NCBI GenBank assembly: GCA_043228905.1
Contig: JBHGNT010000003.1
Coordinates: 15,810,001 to 15,874,000 of the forward strand
Direction: 5' to 3'
Origin: Azolla caroliniana
Lineage: Eukaryota; Plantae; Polypodiophyta
DNA: 64,000 nt
Shown: one piece after another, positions 1 to 9,287 of the stretch
Layout: every line of letters starts with the position of its first letter
How positions within the stretch are numbered: position 1 is the stretch's first letter
Translations under genes and position numbers: made by a program
The notes under the pieces: generated by a model
What the model was told of the DNA's origin: nothing
Database searches by the model: none
What the model saw: the letters and a program-made list of their open reading frames with translations, nothing else

Positions 1-470
1 TTCCGATCCATTGCAACAATCTCAACACCATCTACCTCACAAAAAAACTTGTCTTCCATGCTCACACAAAGCACATAGAAGTGCATTACCATTTCGCGCG
101 AGCGTGTCCTTAGTGGTGAGGTCAACTTGTGTTCCATTCGAACTGATCAGCAAGTTGCCGACATCTTCACCAAGGCGCTTGGACTAGACAAGCTACGTCA
201 ATTTTCAAAGATGCTTGGCTAGCAGCATCTCGACATGCCTTGCTTGAGAGGGAGACGAGCAGAGCCAACTGAACAACAAGCTAGGGGGAGGGTTGAAAAG
301 GTTGAAGCAGGCGAACGAGATGGAGCTAACGGGCCGAAGGGCCAAAGCACGATAAGGTCGAAAGGGCCGATAAGGCCAAAAGCCAAAAAGGCTGGAACGA
401 TTAGAGCCGAACATCTGATACCACACAAGCTTGAGAGGGGGTGTTGAGATAACAGGCTCAATTGACTTAT
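1..470 (+). mobile_element. 3' end of a degenerate Ty1/copia retrotransposon (RNase H end, PPT, start of 3' LTR at 442)
   Basis: Translates to VFHAHTKHIEVHYHF..ERVLSGEV..DQQVADIFTKALG (copia RNase H). PPT GAGAGGGGG is followed by TGTTGAG at 442. The LTR end could not be defined. Confidence 0.85.
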
Positions 471-899
471 TGACTTTATTATAGTTAGAATTCATTGTAG
501 CTAGAATTTTTATATCATGTTTGGAATTTGGCCCCCATTTGTATTTTATCTTTATAGGAAGAATCTAGTCTCGACATCATGTCTAAGATCTATCTATCAT
601 TTGTAAAGCAAGTTGTAATATCAAATTAAAGTTTTCCTCTATAGCTAATGCCATTGACCCAAATTCTTCATTGAAAAAATAATGGTGAAATTTAGCTCTT
701 ATTGGAGGGGTTCAACCCTACATTCTATCCATTTTCGGATTTGAACCTTACACCCAATGTATATGACAATACTATTCTTGATAGGTTAGGTTGCCTTGCA
801 TCTACTTATATAACTTTCTCTAGTTTGCAAGCCATGAATTACTACATTACAACATGCACAAAATCTAGGTGCAAATCATCATATACTAAGTTATAAACC

Positions 900-3000
900 A
901 CTCTTGTGTTATGGATGTGGGTACAAATCACATATCTCATTATTAGACACCACATAATGCAAATCATGAATTCCACATTGACAACATTCACAAAAAATGG
1001 TCCCCTTCAATTGAGTGGTGTTGCCTCAATTACCACAAGAGCCACATTGTTTCCCCCTTGATAAGTGATATGAATTAACTACCATGGTTCATTGTGTGTT
1101 GGGGGTTGTAACATTGAACAAAGGGCATCATGTTTGGAATTAATGATACACCCTCTCTCCCCTAACAAGAGACCAAGCCATTTCTACCATTGGCATATCA
1201 TAGTTATCTTGGGCAATAGGTGACTAATTAGAACTATCTTGGAGCAATGTGTCAAAGGGAAATTCCACTAGGCCATATACTTAAGTTTTTTAGTAAAATT
1301 AGGGATTTCTACCTTTCTTTCCTTTCCATGTAATGCTTGTAACCATTTATTCATCTCACTTCCCCCTCTCTCGAACAACTTAATAATTTCAATATTTTTC
1401 TCTCTAACTAATTCTTTGAAACCACACTTGTGATGCATTTTGTCATTTTTTGTTTTCTTTATTATCGATCTTCCGACACTTTGTAATGACCACAAGATAG
1501 GATATCCCGTCGAGCCTTTGAGGCATCCCGATCCCTACATGCATCTGGAGACACTAGCTCTAGGTATAGCACTGTGGTGAGTTGGTTACTTGCAAACAAC
1601 ATAGACATTAATAACCTACCACCCCTTAAGTACAACCATGGGACTGATCAAACTCTAATATCTCATGAAGACCGTAATAAAGTGATACACCAAGAAATAT
1701 GGAAAATTTAAACTCGATATAAATGGATCACCCCACAAGAGCCACTCCCATCTAAAATGTTGTACTATAAGGAACACTTCTTGCACTTCTCTCAGTTAGG
1801 TTTTATTACACGACCAAGATATCTAGATACATACTTATCAAATACACTAAGGGTGGCCATTGGACAACTTAGGATATTATCTCACCAACTTGAGATTGAG
1901 AATGGTCGGGCTAATAGAGTCCCTAGAGAGGAAAGTCTATGTAGGTTGTGTCACATCGAGATAGAGGATGAGTATCACTTCACATGCAAGTGCCCAACTT
2001 ATGCCGAGATACGGGTGGAATACCAAGACATATTAGGACCCTCTCCCACCCTCTCCAAACTATTAGATACCCCAAATGTAAAGAGACTAGGTAGGTATAT
2101 CTTAGAACTAAAACAACATAGGGAGAATAAATTGCAAAGTGTTAACCATAACCCTTTTACTAGTCATCAAATTGTAACTAGTGTAATTTTTCAGGAACAA
2201 GGGGAGACAATGAATGTGATACACTTACGCCGCTCAGCCTCTCTCTTGAGGAAGCCGAAATGCAAAGAACAACCAAACTCCCTCGAATGTTGGGCTTCAA
2301 AACAAGTCGACACATAGTAGAAAAGATTAAGAAGATAAGGGGAGGTGAGCTACGTCGACTAGAAGCTATGGTTGGGGTACCTTTTATATTGGGACCACGG
2401 GCCACATCGACATCGAAACCCTTTGACCTCCCGCTTCTCTTCAAGAGACTTGGATTGAAATGAAATTAGGCCTAGTATAACATCATTTTCATTGTAGAAC
2501 ATGTTTTTTTATAGAACATGTTTGTTATTTTACTAGAACTATTTAGCTTAAAACTCTATTTTTATTTTTATTTTTTACTTTCGATGAATGGGTAAATATC
2601 CCATTTTTTGTTGTAAAACATTTGTCTCATGGGCCAATTTTGGCCTTAGAAGACGTTAATATATCTTTCTTTCTCTCTCTCTCTCTCTCTCTCTCATGCA
2701 CACACACACACAAACCTTCATCAGAGGAACATCTCCACCATTTATTAATTTCTCTCCCCGTATGTCCTTTCCAATCTCTAAAATCTTTCATCACACAACA
2801 TAATTTCTTTATTGGATTGGCCTCTCATCTAGATCCACAATCAATAACTTCCCTATGTGCAATGCACTAACATCAAAAGCGATACCATTCATTGAGGTAT
2901 AAACTAGGAAGTCCTGTCTAACTAATGGTGTTAAACTATAAAACAAATGAGTTGAAAAGTTTTCAAAGAGGCATACTCTCACCAATAACATAAACTAACA
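900..3000 (-). mobile_element. Highly degenerate L1-like LINE RT remnant, interrupted by the plus-strand LINE at about 1500-2660
   Basis: Minus-strand peptide FYSLTPLVRQDFLV..GIAFDV (2809-2991) resembles the RT motif LTRSVRQGCPLSP. Weaker RT-like peptides lie at 1200-1495. Many stops. Confidence 0.35.
1500..2660 (+). mobile_element. 5'-truncated non-LTR retrotransposon 3' fragment with an RTEX/RTE-type C-terminal Cys/His domain
   Basis: ORF 1757-2317 contains LRILSHQLEIENGR..VPREESLCRLC..EIEDEYHFTCKCPTY. An AT-rich 3' UTR ends next to a (CT)n tract. Boundaries approximate. Confidence 0.7.
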
Positions 3001-3446
3001 AAAGCCTTTTTACAAGGACGCATGAAGAATGTATGAGACACACAAGAGCCTCTAACGGACACATATAGATCTCTCTCTATTTATATATTAGAGAGAGAGA
3101 GAGAGAGAGAGAGAAATACTTCTTTACACTCTTGTTTCTCACTACGTATTTATTCAAAAGTAGTTCTCTCTATATATAACTTTCCTGACAAATTTCTCTC
3201 TACACACCACATGTGTTGGATATGACGCAATTCTACGATTGCTCTATGCCATTGGAGTTTGGTGTCCCCACATGTCCAACTATAGGCATGCACACACAAT
3301 CTCCCTCTCTCTCTCTTCTTTTATTATAATTAGCTTAGCTTAATGGTACGCCGTTTACATTATTAGCACTAATCTTGGGTTCAAAACCTAATTTTCTCAC
3401 CTCTCAATTACTCCATTGATATCTCTTATTTCACTACATGCCATTG

Positions 3447-3520
3447 TGGAATGTAGGGGTTAAACCAATGACCACCTAGTCTCTATTGGGCAACCTTACC
3501 AACTGAGCTACATCCATCTA
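3447..3520 (-). mobile_element. tRNA-derived SINE-like head
   Basis: Reverse complement reads GATGTAGCTCAGTTGGTAAGG (A box) ... GGTTTAACCCCTACATTCC (B-box-like). Related B-box fragments occur at about 708-730 (+) and 14257-14285 (-). No complete cloverleaf. Confidence 0.45.
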
Positions 3521-4286
3521 GGCACTTCTTCTTCTTCTTCTTCTTCTTCTTCTCTCTCTCTCTCACTCTTGGTGAAAACACACAATTATATTAATAAATG
3601 TGTGTAAAAAACACTACTTACAATGGGTGTGACAATGAAGTATGGTCACCCACTAACTACACTACACGACATGGGTAGTAGAACATGTTGAATTGCCAAT
3701 AGGCAACTCCACTGAGGAAATAATTTCCACTTCTTCCAATAAAGAAATTTGTCACATTAGTACTCCCTCCCTCCCTCTCTCTTCTTTTGGTGAAAACACA
3801 CAATTATATTAATAAATCTGTGTAAAAAACACTACTTACAATGGGTGTGACAATGGAGTATGGTCACCCACTAATTACACTACACCACATGGGTAGTGGA
3901 ACATGTTGAATTGCCGATAGGCAAGACAAACACTCCACCAAGGAAAGAATTTTCACTTCTCCAATAAAGAAAATTGCCACATTAGTACTCCCTTCAACAT
4001 TCGTAGATATGCTTTCACTCCATGTCTACCATCGAATACAAAAGCGTTGCGTATATTCCAATTATGACACAATCCCCAATATCTCAAAAATAGTAAAATG
4101 ATCTCCATCTCTTGGGTCAACCTGTGTAAATTGTGCAAACACCCACTGTCTAGGTGTCAAATAACACTGTGATAAGACTTGCCAAATTTGAGAAATGTAA
4201 CTCCAAATCAGACAAGCAATCGGACATTGTATAAATTGATGAGTATTATCTTCGATTTGAACAGTGCAAGAAAAGCAATTACCCAT

Positions 4287-4679
4287 TGTAACGAATCGTG
4301 TATGATTCTTGTGAAGCGGAAGAGATGTGAGTTATGTGTGTGTATGAGAGAGAGAGTGTGTGAGTGAGAGAGACAAGGAGTAAGACACAGAGAATACGCA
4401 AGGTAAAAATATATTAACAAAGGAGAAAGACTCAACATTGTACAAGGTGGGAGGAGGGTGCTTTATATAGTCACCCTCTCTCTTCATTAACTACAAGACT
4501 CATGGAGCATGGGGAATGTGAAAGCTCATAAGTTATGTGTCATAGAATATGATTCTACGACTCATACTAAATGCTAGAATACAAAGTGATGACATAATGG
4601 TGACTCTTGGCCGTTGGAGTGTCTATTCACTCTCAAGGTGAGTTCACACACTAAACCAAGTTGAGCTTGATTCTCAACA
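4287..4679 (-). repeat. 3' LTR of the copia element
   Basis: Direct repeat of 12904-13300 with about a dozen substitutions (mostly transitions) and a small indel. Confidence 0.95.
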
Positions 4680-4974
4680 CGCCCCCTCAAGCTCAAGTCG
4701 GATCGGTTTCAGACGGTATCCGAAATCCACTTCAACTCGTGTTCCGAAGTCCGCGTCGACTCACATTTATGCGGAGTTGCGGAATCCGTGCTCCAGCTTG
4801 CGTTGTGCGTGGTTGCGAAGTCTGTGCTTCGGCTTGCGTCTTTCTTCGCGGCTTTGCGCAGTAGATCGGCTCTTTGCAACTTCGTTGCGCGGTTGCGTAG
4901 TGTCTTCTCTTAGCGGGTTCGTTGCGCGGTTGCGAAATCCACGCGTTATTGCGTAGTGTCTTCAGTACTCCCCC

Positions 4975-7900
4975 TCAAGCTTGGTAGGTTAGGGATTGTA
5001 AACCGAGATAGGTCATGAATTGCCATAGCTTGTCGACTCCTAAGGCCTTAGTGAAGATGTCAGCCGTTTGAAGATTTGTGCTAATGTGTTGTAGGTCAAC
5101 ATCGCCAGCCAGAACGTGCTCCCGGATGAAGTGATAGTGCACTTCGATGTGCTTCGTCCACGCGTGGAACACCAGGTTCCGAACCAAATAGATACTACTC
5201 ATGTTGTCACAGTAAAGGGAAGTCAGATCCTTGATGGGTACGCCCAGATCCTTGAGTATCCTTTTGAGCCATACGGCTTCACATGTGGCCACTGCCGCAC
5301 TCTTGTATTCTACCTCTGTGCTCGAAAGAGCGACGGTTGGTTGCTTTTTGCTGCTCCATGATATTGCTTTGCTGCCGAGGGAGAAAACAAATCCGGAGGT
5401 TGATCTTCTATCGGCTTTGTAGCCGGCCCAATAGGCATCTGTGTACCCCTCGAGTCGTATTGGCATCGCGGTCTTGTAGAGGATGCCACAATCCATTGTG
5501 CCACTCACGTATCGTAGAACTCGCTTAGTGCAATCCAAGTGAGTATCACGTGGTGTTTGCATGAATTGGCTAAGGAGACCAACCAGATAACTGAGATCGG
5601 GTCGTGTGATCGTGAGGTAGATGAGACTTCCGATGAGTTGTTGATACTGAGTCGGCTCACACGCTTTGATGCTGGAGTTTGCATCTAGTTTGAGATTGCG
5701 ATCGAGTGGGGTTGCTGCGGATTTGCACTCAACCATCCCGAACTTGTATAACAAGTTGAGGATGTAGTGTCGTTGAGAGATCATGATTCCGGCCGGGGTC
5801 TGAATTACCTCGATGTTGAGGAAGTAGTGGCGCTCCATCATGTCCGTCATCTCGAACTTGTCGGAAAGGAGGGATTTGACCTTATTGATTTCAACGAGAT
5901 GCGCACCTCCAATGACTAGGTCATCCACATATAAGATGATGACGATCGAACTTGCGGAATCGCTTCGTATGTAGAGGGAGTTGTCCGATTTTGACATACG
6001 GAAGCCGATTTGATGAAGATATTGCGTTATCTTCGAATGCGAAGCACGCAGTGCTTGCTTGAGGCCGTAGAGTGGCTTCTTGAGTCGGCATACAACTTTC
6101 GGATGGGTGCTCGAGTTGAAGCCAGGTGGTTGTATCATGTACGCCTCCTCTTCTAATTCGCCTTGTAGAAAGGCGTTCTTGACGTCCATTTGATGGAGGT
6201 GCCACCCTTTCGCCACGGTAAGCGCAATTACGGTCCGTACCGTCGTCATCTTTGCCACCGGGGCAAAGGTCTCCTCGTAGTCAACTCCGTGCATTTGGGC
6301 GTAGCCTTTCGCTACGAGTCGCGCTTTGTAGCAGTTGACGAAACCGTCAGCGTTGTACTTCACTTTGTAAATCCATCTACATCCGATCGCCTTTTTGTGT
6401 GGTGAGGTGGGAACGAGATCCCATGTTTCATTCTTGCGTAGTGCCTGCATCTCCTCGTTCATGGCTTCGATACATCGTTGATCCTTGGCTGCTTCGGAAA
6501 ATGTTTCCGGCTCGCGTACTATCACCACCTTCATCATAAAGGCATAGTGATATGCCATGTAGTCGTTGTAGCCGAATCGGCTGACCGGATTCTTTTCACG
6601 GGTGGACCAACAAACCTTTTCATTTGCAAAGATGAGGACTTTCTTAGCTCCGATTGGTACATCGAAACCGCCAAACTCACTGTCGAGTCAGTGAGTCGAC
6701 TCATCGTCGTCCAAGCGATCGTCTTCGTATTCCGCCATTCTCGCCTTGCCTTTGTCCATCTTCGAGCTAGGCCATGATGTGCTTTGATCACTCAAAGGCT
6801 CTTGTGGTCTACTCAATCGGGTCGTGATCGGACTTTCTTTGAACATGCGTGTAAGGTGATCTTCATCCTGTATCTCTTGTTCAGTGGATTCCGGGTCGAG
6901 CGGAGTCGGAGTCGAAGTTGTCTCTAGTGCGTACCAGGATGCGGATTCGTCAAAAACGACGTCTCGACTTACTCGAGATTTTCAAGTTGAGGGGTTGTAG
7001 TACTTGTACCCCTTTTGCTCCAGTGAGTATCCTACGAGGATACATTTCTCCGACTTCGGGTCAAACTTTTGGCGCTTCTCGTCGAGGATGTGCACATACG
7101 CTATCGCGCCAAATATCCGGGTGTGCGATAAGTTCGACTTCTCTCCGAAGTATTTTTCATGCGGAGTGACCTCGTGCACTCCGGATGTTGTGCATCGGTT
7201 CATTAGGTAGACAGTTGTATTTGCAGCTTCGGCCCAATATGACTTGGGCATATGCTTCTCGTTCATCATGGCCTGCGCTACTTCGAGGATGTGCCGATTT
7301 TTGCGCTCGGCTACTCCGTTTTGTTGCGGAGTGTGTCGGTAAGTGAATTCTCGCCAAATTCCTTCCTTTCGGAGATACATCGTGAAATCGTCCGAGAAGT
7401 ACTCCTTGCCGCCATCTGATCGAAGGCATCGTACATGACGGCCCGTGGCTTTCTCGACTTCATTTTTGAATTTTTTGAAGTGTCCGAACACTTCGCTCTT
7501 TTGCCACATCGGATAGATCCAAGTGTGCCTAGAAAAGTTGTCGATGAAGGTCACGTAGTATCGGCTTCCGCCGAATGTCGCCGTCTGAGCCGGACCCCAT
7601 ACGTCGGAATGAACGACGTCGAGTAGACCTTTGCTTACGTTCCGCTCTTTCGGGAATGGGTGTCGGTGTTGCTTGCCGAATTGGCACGCTTCGCATACAC
7701 CTTCAATCTCCTTCTCTTTGAATTGTTGAGAGTCTGATGACGACTCCTTTCGATTTCATTGCTTTGAGTTTGTTGAGATTGATGTGGCCGATTCGCTTGT
7801 GCCATAGCTCTATGTCGAAGTCGGCTTTCGTGCTTTTTGCGAACATGGCGGATTTCATCTCATGTGAATCAAGAATGAACATTCGGCCCTCTCTTCTTCC

Positions 7901-8656
7901 GCACACGATGATTCGGCCCTCTTTTTCGATGAAGCACCCTTCTTGGTCAAATCGTACTTGCATCCCTTGCTCAACCATTTGGCCAACCGAGACCAAATTC
8001 TTCATGATGGTGGGAACATGCAAGACATTTTTAATGTATGTTTGCTTACCTCTTTCGCCGAACAGAACATTGTTGATGTGCCAAATTGGGTGCGTAGTGT
8101 CATCTCCGGTTTCGACATAACCGGGTTGCTCCGGCTCTCGAAGTTCAAGAAACCATTCTTTATGAGATGTCATATGGTTTGAGGCTCCGGAGTCAACAAA
8201 CCATACGTCCTCCGGATTGAGGGCACTAGTTGAGGTGGAGGCCGACATAGAGTTTGCTCTATGTTTCATCATGAACATTCCACCACGGTCGGAGTTGTGT
8301 GCATACATTCCACCTCAATCTTCATAGTCGGAGTTGTGCCCGTACATTCCGCTATACTCTTCGTAGTCAGAATTGTGCGCGTAATTCGTGAGTTGTCGGC
8401 TTGTGGAAGCCGATTCACGCATCTTCTTTCGGCACTCTTCTTCGTGGTGGCCGAGCTTTCTGCAATATCAGCATTCGGTTGCGTTTTGACGGCTCGAGCC
8501 GGAGTGGCAGCTCCCCCTTCTTGCGAAGGTTCCTCGTTGGCTTCGGTTTTGCGGTCGAAATTGGGAGTTGTTGTCATAGGTCGGACCTCGTCTGCCTTGT
8601 CCTTGGCCAAATCGGCCTCTCGCTCGTCCGCGTCCTCTTCCTCCGTTCGAGTGCGT
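4975..8656 (-). pseudogene. copia zinc knuckle-PR-INT-RT-RNaseH polyprotein, disrupted
   Basis: WFVDSGASNHM (PR), LWHKRIGH (GAG-pre-integrase), LRSDGGKEY and PQQNGVAER (INT), YVDD (RT), RRSTSG and KHIEVHYHF (RH). Split into several ORFs by frameshifts and stops. Confidence 0.93.
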
Positions 8657-9287
8657 TGTCGCGAAGATTCGCGCGTGTGTGTGCTACTCGAGCGACCACC
8701 GGGGTCTTGGACTGGGGAGGACGTTCGCGGAATTATCGACGCTAGATGACGATCAATGTAAGATTGGATGAAATTTGTTCACTTGAGAAGAAGAAAGATT
8801 GTACACTTGAGAAGTAGAAAAACATGAAGAAGATAAAGACAAATATAATTTATATTGATGATAATGGTGTTGGTGATATCACATATTGAGCCCCCCTTAC
8901 ACAAGCCCAATTAGAGGCTTTTATAGGTTTTTCCATGCTCGTGACATGCACAAAACCATGGGCTAAAACCATGGTTTTGTGCACACGGTTTTGCTTATGT
9001 CATGCACAAACCATGGTTTTGTGCACATGGTTTTCTATGGTTGTTTCGTCTATAATTTGTATATGAAAAGGAAATACATAAAATCTACACTATATGATAG
9101 TTGTCCTAGTGGTAAGGCAATTATCTTGTATCTTAGAGGTGCAAGGTTCAATCCTTGCTTGCACCCCTCTGTATGAACTCAAGTGCCACTAGGCTAGGTT
9201 TATTTGCTAAGTGCATGTGCAATGTTGCACATCCTTGGTTTATTCATCTCACTCGGTTTCACACCGTAGCCGAAAATCGTCACGACA
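8657..9287 (-). repeat. 3' LTR of the gag-only element
   Basis: Near-identical direct repeat of 11519-12149. Confidence 0.96.

Noticed and set aside
9096-9168. Calling the LTR tRNA-like modules functional tRNA genes
   Set aside because: No convincing acceptor or anticodon stems; only the A/B boxes and the T-arm are retained.
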